Made by a program: the position numbers and the translations under genes. Shown one piece after another: positions 38,077-50,335 of a stretch of 64,000 nucleotides of DNA. The notes beneath the pieces are model-generated. The model was not told the DNA's origin and did no database searches. It saw nothing but the letters and a program-made list of their open reading frames with translations. Location: the NCBI GenBank assembly GCA_023920165.1, contig CP089277.1:3224001-3288000 (forward strand). The letters run 5' to 3'. Within the stretch, counting starts at the first letter, position 1. Each line of letters opens with the position of its first letter. The DNA comes from Curvularia clavata. Lineage: Eukaryota.

Positions 38077-38572
38077 TGCGCCGACGACTCGAACGAAAGG
38101 AAACACGGAAGTGACACGGCGAAGTAGAATTGGTGATGTAGGCGCGTTCTGGGCAGTCTTTCCAACGTGAGGATCGACATGGTCTCAGCTTGGTACTAGC
38201 GCGTCTGAACTGCGCGCATCATCACACCCATCTCCTGGAAGTTGGTCCTGCTTGGATCCTTACTGTAACAATGCACCAGCTTTAACATCTACAGACTATC
38301 CTAAATGACAGTATTTGAGCCTTCATATCCAATTCCTATATTAGCCTAGTTTAAAGAACAGGACATGGAACGGATCCAGCATATGGAGTAGTTTACACTG
38401 ATTTGAGGCCTCACTTGACACAATAATACTTCTCAAAGATCACATTGCATTCTTGCCTATGGGCCCATCGGATATTTTCCTTAGACGCTCATTCCGGTAC
38501 TACAGCGAAGTTAACATGGTGCTCCGGGCACAACACATAAGCATGAGATACCCCACCTGGGGGACTCCATAC

Positions 38573-41500
38573 TTAGTATCGTCGCCCATAACTCTCGTCA
38601 CCGTATCCGCTGGAGCCACCATAACCACCTGAGCCATACTGCTGCCTCCTTTGGCCATACTCTTCCTCTTCTCCATCGAATCCACCGGGAACGCCAGAAG
38701 CGCCATAAGATCGCTCAGGGCGCTCACCACCATACTCTTGGCCTTCAGAACGACCATATCCGCCAGAGGAATAAGACTCATTGCCATATCCCTGCCTAGA
38801 CTCACCAGAGTAATCTTGGCGGCCATAGCTCGATTCTTGACGACCGTAGCCTGATTCTTCTTGGCGGCCATAGCCCGACTGTTCTTGACGGCCGTATCCG
38901 CCGGAACTATATGAGTTAGTATTGTACGGAAAACAACGATAGCGACGGTAACCGCCACTTCTTAGAGATTCTTACCCATACGATTCTTCACGGCCATAGT
39001 CTTGCTGTCGGCGACCGTATCCTGACTCTTCACCATAGCGTTGTTCTTGGCTGTGACCACCAGAGTAACGCTTGGGCGAGCGACTGCCACTCTTTCGACG
39101 GCGGTGCTCGTGCTCACGAGATCGAGAGCGGGAGCGACGCCTGTGCTCTCCTGAACCTGATCGACGCTTGTCAGCATCGTCATCCGAGTCTCCAGAACGA
39201 CTGCCGTGTTTTCTATGTTTCTGGCGCTTCTTTTCTTCCTTTTCGCGCTGCTTGCGTTCCTTCTTCAGGCGCTTCTCATATGAATCTCCGTCACCCGAGT
39301 CGGAACCGTCGTCGTCATGCTTCTTTGACTTACCGCGTCGCCTATTCAATTGTTAGAAAATGGTCACAATCTCGGACGCGAACTACTTACTCATTCTGCT
39401 CTGAGTAGTACTCTCCTGATCGGTCGAAACCCTCACGTGTCTCCTCGGAACGCCATTCATTGCCTTGCTGAACGCGACGCTGCTCATGACGCTCGTATCC
39501 GCCAGAGCCGCTGTAGCTTGATGTTTCAACCGTCTGCTGATAGCTGTAAGACCCACCACGCTCGTCTCGCTCCTGGCGAGAGTACTCCTCTCGACGCCCA
39601 CCGCTTGGGTACTGTGTCTGTTCGTACTGGGCGCGTCCGTAGCGGTCGCTATCACCGTACGACGAAGCCTGGTGGTGACCAGTTTCTGTGTACGACTGCG
39701 TGTAGGAGCCGTCGTTGCCATATCTTTCTTCCTTGTGGCTCTTCTTCTCCTGATCAGCAAATGCACCTCCAAGAATAGAAGCTCCAACACCACCAACGAG
39801 ACCTCCGACAATTCCGCCTAGGGCGCCACCACCGACGGCTTCACCTGCAAGCTTGCCCATCTGGTCGGAAGCTTGTTGAATCTGTGGGTTGGAGCTACCA
39901 CCCTTACCGCCCGTTGAGCCAAAATTGCTGGCCATACCGAGAGGCTTGCCGCAGCCATGTCCCTTGTCGTGGATATTCTCCTTGTGGTTACGGCCACTCT
40001 GCACACCCTCGCGGCTGAGTTGATCACGGAAAGTGTCCCTTGCTCTCTCGTCTTTGGATTCCCACCATCTTCGCACAGTATCAAACATGATCTGGCGGCC
40101 TTCGCCACTCCTACCCCTAACGCTATTGACACAAGCAGGGTGGTGGAAAACACCTTCTATGATAGTCTGAATGACCTCTTCGGGGTCTGCTTCGCCATCC
40201 CAGCATCGAACAATCTGTGGGACAGCCCACGCAATAGTAGCTGAAGCTACTTGTCCAGCAGGCTCGTTCAGGACGTTGGAAAAGTGATCCTTGGAAAGCA
40301 TACTGTGGGTGGGGTCTGTGCAGTCGTCGTCGTTGAAAACAATGTGCTGCTTGTCGCGAGAGCTGGCAATGACCTCGCTCGAGCCTTCTTCAAGCTCAGT
40401 CTTGACCTGGCTGAGAATGGGCAACACATAGGGAGCGAGCAGGCTGAAGACGAAGATGGTGACTTGGTTCTGGACTTCTTCGATTAGATCCGGCAAGATG
40501 GGAATCTTCTCAATGAACTCAGAAATGGATTGCATGATCTCATCGTGGAACTCCATGATGGGATAGATCTGCTTGACCAGCTCTCCAATCTGCTGAGTGA
40601 AAGCCTCTGGCTCCTTAGGAGTGATACGCATGTTGCCCATGGCTGCAGCGTTGGCATTGTCCTCGAGCTCGTCGGCCTTGCCCGCCTCATCTTTGCCGCC
40701 GAAGATACCGTCAGGGAGCTTAGCGAGGAGTTCCTTAATCTTGCTCTTGTTCTTGCTCCTGTCCGCGTTGGAGATGGTGCCCTCGAGCTCCTGAAGCTCG
40801 GATTGTGTAGCCTTATCTGTGATCTCTCCACAAACTGAGTGCAAGAAATCGACACCACCAAAGGTACCGGTGACAATGGGGTATACCGCCTTGCGGGCTT
40901 CTCGAACCTCAAAGCGAGCATTTCTTCCCACATGCGGGAAAACACTCCTTTCACCAAGCTCGATCAAGGCAAGCTCAACATAGTTGGAGTGAGCAGCGTA
41001 GTCCTCCAGACAGTGTGTGGCGGTACCAAGGAGACGGAGAGCTTCGTAAAAGTCAGGGCCCCGTCCTCCAGAGCGTCTACCAAGGTCGATGCACCGCCTG
41101 AGCAGGTCGCGAACCATGCCAGCTGAAGTGGTGATGCCCATATTCTCTGAGGCAATGTAGTTCTTGAGGCCAGTGTCCTCGTTGACGCTGAGCTCACGGC
41201 GTTCGTCAACAGGGCCTCGAAGGCGGCGGTCGTAGTCGCGGGCATCGATATTGTCAGCGTAGTCCTGCTACGTCAGTATTCGTGATTGATCAGATACGCC
41301 GTGCAACTGACCTTTGGGTTGTCGATGTGCTCCTCTGGCCTGTAGCAACCAAGACGGTCGCGGGTGACTTCGAACTCCTTGGTACCGTATCCAAAGCTCA
41401 TGAATCCAAGAACCCATAGCAGAATGCGAATGGCTTCTGCTGAAACCATCTTGACCGTGCCGACGTCAACGGCTTGCGAATAGTCGCGGAGCCAGTTACC

Positions 41501-41719
41501 AAAGTAGACGCGCTTGACGTCCATTTTGCTGAATTTTTTGCCAGTATGACCGCTGATGAGCAGCGTGAGAAGAGTATCTTCGATATCTCCATGACGCCAG
41601 TTCTGTCCCTCAATGGCGCTCAGGCTTGCAATGTTGCCCGCACCGAAAGCTGCGGTGGGGCGAGCCCAAAACACGAGCAGAATGAGGCATGGCAGCCAGA
41701 TGTCGCTGAACTGCGGCAT
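38573..41719 (-). CDS. HET-C domain protein with signal peptide and G/Y/R/E-rich low-complexity tail, 4 exons
   Basis: 'AFGAGNIAS...WRHGDIED', 'RVYFGNWLRDYSQAVDVG', 'LGCYRPEEHIDNPK', 'HCLEDYAAHSNY', 'DPTHSMLSKDHFSNVLNEPAG'. Exons 41719-41312, 41264-39391, 39341-38976 and 38906-38573. Confidence 0.93.
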
Positions 41720-44700
41720 TCTGTCGATGACTTCGTATGCTCTTTCAGTTGTTTAGAAATAAAATAGGAGAAAATATTGCAACAGAGGTGGAAGCAACGC
41801 AGAGCTTGAGTGTCTTGTAGAGGGGAGAGCTGCTAGCGTCTGTTTCAGCTCCGCTTGTATGAGCTGCCCCGCCAAAAGCAACCAGGGCTGACGTAACAGG
41901 GTCCATCAGCCATAGCAGCGCCCACCTGATTGACTGAAGCACCTGCTCGACCAGATAGCGTCATTAGCCATGTCAAACATTTTCTTTCCTCCATTCACGA
42001 TGTAACTATGTGTTCAGTAATTTATTGGTATGGTGTTTCTGAGCCAAGCAATCGTAATGTCCCTTTGTAAGCCTTCAGATGTCTACTTGTGCCAACGGCT
42101 TTTGTAACTTCCATCTTCCCAATACGCATATAGTGACTCTCTTCTTTCGGCCCAGTTTCCTGAAGAACCGCTAATATAGTCGGAACAGGGGATAGTTAAT
42201 CTGTCAGAACGGGACCATACACAGAGGCGAAAAGAGCATATGGGTTGCATCCATCACTCTATCCATTCAGATCAGACGTCAGCGGCTTGCTGGTCCATTC
42301 CATAATTGTGCTTACAATTTGTAATTGGTATAAAAAGCCTAGAATTTCCAGCCTAGTCTTTTTGGAAGACATCCTCATTGTGTCGTGCGCAATACTTTCA
42401 CACTGCCATGAGGGAAGACATCCATATCCGACTTGGTCAGGGGCTGGCTAGCTCAATCCGAGGCGCTGTATCTTTGTGATCATCACAGGATACTTCCCGC
42501 CCTAGATTGATCGTTAAATGTCTCTCATCTAGCTCTTATACCTACTCATCGCCTGTAGTGAAATTGCTCTTCCGCGTGCGAAATCGAGCCACCGATACGA
42601 CATGTGATTGCCACTCTGGCTAAAACCTTCAAATCCTGAGATACTGGGGTTGAGCTTCTGTAAGCGCTGTTGTGATCTACAACGGGATTCGTAGCGTCAG
42701 GTCCAGGAGTATCCACTAAATTAACTCAATCGTGCGGGCGATGCAATTCTCCAAGTTTGGTTTTCTAAAATGGCTGCAGCGATAGCCACACGGCTCACTT
42801 CGATCGCCGCAGTTCTTAGATACCCCGGTGAGATTTCTTATGTCACCTTCAAACACACTCCATTTAGGAAGTCTCTGGATGTATTCAGAGCGATAAGAGG
42901 TGGTCCTTTCGGAGGCTGTTGGGCCTCGTTATGGCCATATTTAGAAATAAGAGAGTCGTCTTTTCGAGACACGACAACAAGTTCTGGCAAAGCCACAACG
43001 AATACTGGATATATTGTGGAAAATGGATTTTCTTTCCCATGATCTCATGAAACGTGCCGTTCGAAAGAAACGCGGTGCTTGGGCTTCGTTGCACAACGCG
43101 GCATCCCAGCAGATGTGCTGCATGGAAGGACCCATTCGGTCCAATGAATGCTTGCCAGCACACCAGAGTTCCATTTCCAAGGCTCAGACAAGCTCAGTAT
43201 TTCCAGTATGAGTATTTAGGAGCGAAAATAGATGTGAAACGCCTCTTCCCTCCCAGAGATCGCAGTCGCCTGCGGTCGCTTTATTAGTCTTTAAATTTAC
43301 AATGATATGATGTCGCCTCGAAAGCCGTATCCGTCTTTGTATGAGCAAAACAAAAATCATAGTATCTGCCAGCGTAAGCTTTTCCTCGGTCCGAATTCTG
43401 CAGAACACGAGGGAAGCAGCTTGGTGAGAGAAAGTGTGAACTTTGATGAACTCTGCCAAGCAAGCCACCGATTCTCACCACCAATTGAGTACTGTACTCT
43501 TTCGCCGGCTGCTTCAGGTGAGAATTTCCAGTAACAACGACAGAGAATCTATTCTTTTGCAAGCAGAGACGAGACATACATGATGCCTATCTTGATTTGT
43601 TGATGTCAAAGGTGGCGTACAGTCGACGCCGCACCTAGACCCGCCTTATTGTGAAGGAATTTCAGGTCATCTTCATGAGACTTTTGATGTGGTGATTCTA
43701 GACCCCGCGGGAGAGTTTGCTGAGACGGCACAAGCAGACCACTCACGATCACCACCAGGACTCCATGGTGGATTAGTGCATAATGTCTCGACAGCTTTTG
43801 AAGAGTTCACACCCTCTCATGGCTTCTCAAGCACTTTTAGACTCAACAATCGCTCCGAGATTTAGAAAAACTCTGTTCATCGCGAATAGGTTCATGGCAG
43901 CGGTGTTGGGCTCCTCGAATCTCTCAAGGCTTCACGGCACTTGGACACATCCGATCCTGTGTTCTCCGACAGCCCTACCAGGTGGCGTAAGCTAGAGCTC
44001 TAGGGGACATACCAGTGTCCATTTCCGTATAATCTAAGCGGACACTCATACCAATCAAGCTGAGACACCAGTTTTTCTCGCTTATCGTGCCTACACATTG
44101 GTGGTGAGAATGGAGGGGTTGCGTTATGATGGACAGTGGGCTTGCTTGAAGGCTTGCCGATCGGGAGAGTTGGAATTCCTGATGAATTTGGTGCAACTAC
44201 TTGCTACCTGGTCAGTGGTGTTGCGCGATAGGCTGATTCGATCGCGGACGCCACAGACAGTGTCACATGGGTCACAAGAAGTCTAGGATGCCTTGCGCAG
44301 TACAGTGCAATGTTCCATCCGCGGAACGGTACATGTATGAGAAGATGTGCCTCCATTAGAGTAAAATTCGGGGTTTCCATGATAGATTACCTCAAGATGA
44401 GTGGTGTTACCGGATCTGGATGCATGTGCATGCTCAGTGCGCCAGCCGGCGAGACCGAGAACTGAAGCTGAAAACGCCCACCGCGGTCGAGTACGCTGAA
44501 ATTCCAGTCTAGATCTTGAAATTGTACTCGGCCAGCCTATCAGAAAAGAGAAAACGTTTTTTGGCCACATGGCGCAACAAATGGCTCAATGAGGGTGTGC
44601 GAATGACGCGAGCGAGCGTTGGTGGGTGTACAGGTGGTCTACGCAGTCGAGGTGTCCCCGGTTGCTTTTTCAGCCAGCCCCAACCTTCCCGTGCCTTGCG

Positions 44701-45126
44701 TCAAGCTTATATCCAAGATCCGCTCCACTTGACCGGCCGATCAACACCACGTTGCTGCGAGCATCTCATGTTCATCGAAAAACCATCTCCAAGACCTTGC
44801 GACACCGAAAATCGAGAAAAATGTATGGCAGACAATCACGTCGAGAGTTGGACGAAAGTGGGGCGGCGACTAGGCTGCAGACGTGTGGCGAGGAACTGAC
44901 TCGGCTGTGAGTACGAGAGTACTATTTCATACGATATATGGAATAAAAATTAACGTTAAGGAAATAGTCGTGAGACTGTGGTAATAGCGCCGACAAATAT
45001 ATGATGCCCTTTTGGATGCGATAAGCCCGCTCCGTGTATTTCGACCAACTGGTCGCCGATGTCCCAACGCCGCAAACGCGAACCCGACGAAAGAAAAAAG
45101 AGAATCCATCTAATCATAAACAACAC

Positions 45127-47990
45127 TTAGTAGTTGAAGACCGTCAGCGATGGGTTGAGCACGATGGGCAACAGGCAGTGCATGATGACAGTGACAGACC
45201 AACTGAGCAGCGTTAGCGACGAGTCGAGTGAGTGGAAACAATATGTGGTACTTACGGCAAGACAGCAGTCAGACCAGTAATCTCCCAGCCGTGAGGAGCG
45301 AAGTTGCCAAGGTAGATCATGCCACCGATCATGGCAAACATAAGCATGTACATCCACTTGAAGCGCTTCCAGATCTTGGGCAACTCGGCGAAGAAGTTGG
45401 AGTTGTCCTTTTCCTTGGCTGTGGCACCCCAGCTCATGTTGATGCAGAACATGTGAGAGCAGATGGCGAGCAGAATGTGGAATGAGACACCACCAAAGAA
45501 GACCATGAAGAAAGGCATCCACTTCAAGTTCTCGAAGAAGGCACCGAGCAGACTGGCTTCACCGATACGGTAGCGCATGATGGCAAAGCAGACGTTGGAC
45601 ATGCCGTTGAAGACGATGAGCAGGACAATGAAGACTGGGTAATGTTAGCGAATGGTCGACTTCAGCGTAAGACAATTACTTACTCTTCCAAGACTCGACA
45701 TAGTACTTGTCAAGATCACCATTGAGCCAGCCGACCAGGAAGTAGTTCAGGCAACCGAGAGGAACAGCGGATCCGATAGCGTAGTACGAGAAGATGTAAC
45801 CGCAAATGGAGATCTTGGAAGACAGCTGGATGTTGGAGAAGAGGAAAGTGCGGAACAGCTTGGTGAAGGGACTCTTCCAGAGCCAGGTGTGCAGGGGGTT
45901 GAAGACAAGCTCGTTGCAACCATAAGCATACTTCTCCCATCGGTCCAGTTCGTCGAAGATGGTAAGCGAGACACCCTCCTTGAAGCCACGGCCGTGGTAA
46001 CTGGCCAGTCGAACAACGTTGCCTGCGATCTGGAGACGAAGCGCGATATCGAAATCCTCAGACACGTGGCTCTCAGACCAGAAGCAGACATAACCATCCT
46101 CTTCAGGGGGGTTACCAACAGACTGAACAGCTTGCCAGCGCAAGAAAGCGTTGTGACCGACGAAAGGAGCAACTTCACCGCTACCGACAGAGAAACGGAT
46201 AGCGGTATAGACAAGGTTAGTGAAGTAGGTGATACCGTTCTCGAAGTAATCCCAGGAGACTTGCATGACACCGGTGGCGTGCTGAACAATGGCAACTTCA
46301 GGCGAGAGGTACATTTCGGCGGCACCATACATGAGGCAGTCCTCGGGAACAATGGTATCAGAGTCGACAATGAGAATGATCTCGCCCATACGGATGTTAC
46401 CACCAGCCTTGGCCCGGGGATCAGCAGCAAGGACCTTTTCGAGAGCCTCGTAGTACAGCGCAAGTTCTTCTTCCTCGGTGATGGAGGCGTTGCCGTTGTC
46501 GTAACGTTCGTTGACGAGTTCCTGGAGGACATCCTCGACGCGGTTGGAGGTGTTGAGAGCGAAGTTCATGTTGGAAGCCTTCTTAAATTTTCCGCGGCGA
46601 ACGAAACCTTCGTGGTTGTGCTTAGGACGCGAGACCCATCCGATGTTGTTGTTCTCATAGAATTGCAGGAACTTTGCGTTGTCCTCCTCGGAACGAACAG
46701 CCATACCGTCGTCGTTGATGAAGATGCGCGCAGTTCCGCCACGGGACTCGTAGTAAGAGATAGCAGCCTGCAAACTGGCAACAGTGGGCTTCACGACACC
46801 CTCCAACGACTCAGTGTAAATGGGCATCTGGATGGTGATGGTCGATGGAGTGAAACCGAGGGCACGCGCTTGGGCGAGGTTAGGCTTAATAGCGGAATGG
46901 AAGCGGCTGTTGGTCTTGACTCCAGTAACAGGACCGAAAACCTCGAAGATGTTACCCAGGACGACAACGACGAAGAAGAGACCGAGTGAAAGCCAGAGGG
47001 GTTCAGTCAGGATAAGCAGGAGGCGAGGATAGAAGTGGTCGGTCATGGTCTGGAGGATGAGAGCCTTGTTACCGAGTCCAAAGACAAGAACCATGATCAA
47101 AACCATGGCGAGGCCAACGAAGATGGCACTGGTGAAGATGAGGGGACGAGCGAGTGACTCCTTGGGACCTGAACCCTTCTCGATATCGGCATCAATCTCT
47201 TCGGTAACGACTTCGACATCTTCCTTCTTACCCATGTCGAAGTCCATGGTAGAGCCGCCAAGGGTAGAGTTGGCGCTAGACTGGACTGCGCTGTCGAAAC
47301 CACTGAAGGGGTTCTTGGATGTACCCCAGACGAGACCGAGGATCCTGGACTCGACCTCCATGGCCTGAGAGAGAATGGCACCAAGGTCGTCGTGCCACAC
47401 GAGCAGAAGTCTTTCCTTTCGGATAAGAGCAGCGTACTGGAATTTACGGATTGTGCTAGATGTAGCAACCTCTGCCATGGACTCGAAGATTTGGATCTGC
47501 GAACCGTTCTGGAACATCAACTCGGTCTCGAAAGGCTCGAGGACATCAAAGACAGCCTGTGTGCCGTCGGTGCTCATGGTAATGGCAACACCGGGGTTGA
47601 TCCTCTTGACAGCAGCAAGAAGGTCACTGTCAGCAGACACGGGTTCCGTGACATACTCTCCCTGACCCTTTCGGATCAAGACACCTTCGCAAGAACCAGG
47701 TGTCTGGGCTCCAGCAGTCATCCATCGCATGGAGCATGCTTTGGCGTAAAGATGCTTGATGATCTACCATGGATTAGCATCATGATACACGATACACTGG
47801 TTGGGATGCTTACGGCACGGTATCTTGAGTCTTCGTCGATCTTCATGGTCAAGGGCCGTGACACGGGAGGACGGCCATTGGGAGTCTGGGGTACCGAGTA
47901 GCGTGAGTCGCTGACGCTATCGCTCAAGGACTGCCTGCTTGAGGGGATGAAGGGCCTGTTCCCATCCTGGGAGGGGGCGGCGGAGGACAT
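45127..47990 (-). CDS. Processive GT2-family glycosyltransferase, multi-pass membrane, 4 exons
   Basis: 'INDDG', 'FKKASNMN', DxD 'VDSDT', 'FVGHNAFLR', 'SEDF', and 'ELDRW' (a QxxRW variant). Two TM helices before and several after the catalytic domain. Confidence 0.9.
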
Positions 47991-50335
47991 GTTGGAGATG
48001 TCGCGACGATTACGGTACGTGAGTACGAATTAACGAGGATTATTGCTAAGCGATAGGAAAAGGCTCAAGGTGATGCCTCAAGATAAAAGGCAACGAGCAA
48101 GGCCAAGAAAACGAGAGAATGGGCAAGTAGCCCTGCGAAGTACGGCGCGAGTGAGGAAGGTGAAAAACGAGCCGAAGCGGTCGAAGAGCAGAGGTTATCA
48201 ACACGGCACGCCTGGTAGTGTGTACAGAATTTCCTTAACCACGCGAGGCTCCGCCCCGCTCCAGCCCGTAGCCACCAAGGCCTGAGATACACTGATGCTA
48301 CGCACTATCGAATAGTCGGCATCGCCCCTGGTCTAGCACGTTCGAGTCTCAACAAGATTGCCTACGCGAGCGTTCCGAAAGAGGTCACTGCGTCTGTCAC
48401 AAACGCCGCCGTGCAGCCATGATAATCCAGAATGGGCGAGATCGCAAGCCATCGCGCGCACCGAGCCATCCCGACATGGAATCTGATACCCCTGTCACGC
48501 ACGCCCCGGTCGCTCTTCGCCTACCGAGCCTGGATGTCGGAACCATGGGCATTTGGACTAGGAAATGGCCCAAAGGTGCGTTTCACCGGGCCGACACGAT
48601 GCAGTTGCCGGTCACAATGGGAGATGGCAGTCAAAAGGAGGGCAATTTGAGTTTGCTGGTTGCTGGCATCTCCGACGCTTGCCCAGTGGGTGGGACTGAG
48701 GTCATTCGTTAGGCTAGCCGCTGGTATACTGGGCCTAGGGCGCTGTTGACGTTTGGCCCAACAAGGAGAATTTACTTTTGGAAAAGGTCACTATCGTCCC
48801 TCGGCTCTAGGTAGCGCCACTTCCCAGCCAGCCTCGCGTGTGACGGCGACTAAGGAAAGGTAGAGAGTGGGACCACGCTACGCCTATGGCCCAGAACCGA
48901 GCACCTGGCGTCCAAAAACCGTCCGAGGACCGCAGGCAGCTACAGTATTTTTCAGTGACGTGCTGCAGGCCAAGACCGAAGACTGGGCCCGATGTGGATC
49001 GCTGGGTAATGAGGACATTTACACAATCATCACGACTATACATGGGAGGTATTCGAGCGGGCACCAAGCCTTAGGAGACGGGGGTTTTTTTTGGGGCATA
49101 TTTGCTTGTTACGGGCCCTGGTAAGACTTGATAAGACAGGTTGCAGAGATGCTAATGGATAGATACCCTGCGCTCAGTCACCCGCTCCCAGCGATACGGA
49201 CCCTGGCGGGTATCCCGTTGTTAAGATTAGCACAAGCGTGCTGGCTGTCTAGATTGGTGTCTCGACTTGTACAGCACATTGAGCAGCTCGCCACTTGAGC
49301 AGCCACATGTCGCAGGCTTTCTGGATGCAGGCCTCTGTAATCTGGTGCATGACGCCATGCCCACCTGGGCTATTTTGAGTCAGTCAAGGTTCTAGTCGAC
49401 AAAGTCAGACGGCAGGGGTCGACTTGTCCGAGTACGACGCACCATGGGCAGTAGCGCGTTGTCTAGCCGGCCTACAGATAAGTCCATCGGCCACCATGGG
49501 CCAGCTCGCCAGCGGTGCAGGATTCTGGCCACCAACATGCAGATACGGCAATCAAGGGCGCATTATCGAAAGCATGCGGCCTGTCGAGTCCGTGGATCAA
49601 TCAGTCAAGGGAGATCGAGCATGACGTGCCGGCCTAGTATCGGTCCCAGAGACGGGCGAGACAAGGGCAGCACGCATGACTCTGCTGTGCCTAGCCAAGA
49701 CGAGTGTACTCGGTGGACGCCCAGGGGGGGACAGCGAGAGCAGCGAGACGTATGGCGCGGAGGGCAAGGGGATCTGCCGGGCGCTAAGCCCAGGCACGAA
49801 CCACAAAGGGATTGCGGCGGTGCATTTTCTGCCGGACGGGCTAGCGCGGCGTGGCGTGGCGTGGCTGCCACGACTGCAAGGCTGTCACACTAGCCGCGTG
49901 CTTATCTTAGCGGCGACGATGTACCTGCATCTGGGCGCACCCTAGCACACGCCCACAGCCCACGCCCTGCCCCTTGCTCATGCAGAAACCATCAAGTCCG
50001 CTAGGCCTACTCGTGCTGCTGGCGAACCTGTCGACGCTTCTAATTCTAGACTGGTGAAGCCGTCATGCTTCGCGCATCCCGACCACGGCCCAGCCTACTA
50101 TCGATTCTTCGCGCCGCAAAAGTCAGCTCGGCGCTCGGCTCGTGGTATTGATACTTCAGCTCTCAACAACGTCGCTTGTCGTGCCTCTGTCTGTTTATCA
50201 AATCCCCTTCTGCAGAGTCGTCGTCGTCTTCTTCGGCAATAAACCTCCCTTGCCCGGCGCTCCGCTCCACCTGGGACCTTTTCTTTCCTGCTTTGCGCTC
50301 TCGACACTCGTTACTGCTTGCTCTACCACGCAAAC

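Noticed and set aside
41900..45000. Possible pin-c-like HET partner or pseudogene beside het-c
   Set aside because: Only short ORF fragments and no HET, NACHT or transposase motif. A decayed relic cannot be excluded without tblastn.
45652..46989. 445-aa plus-strand ORF
   Set aside because: Antisense shadow of the codon-biased GT2 gene. The same applies to 18174-19121, 34882-35742 and 62500-63135.
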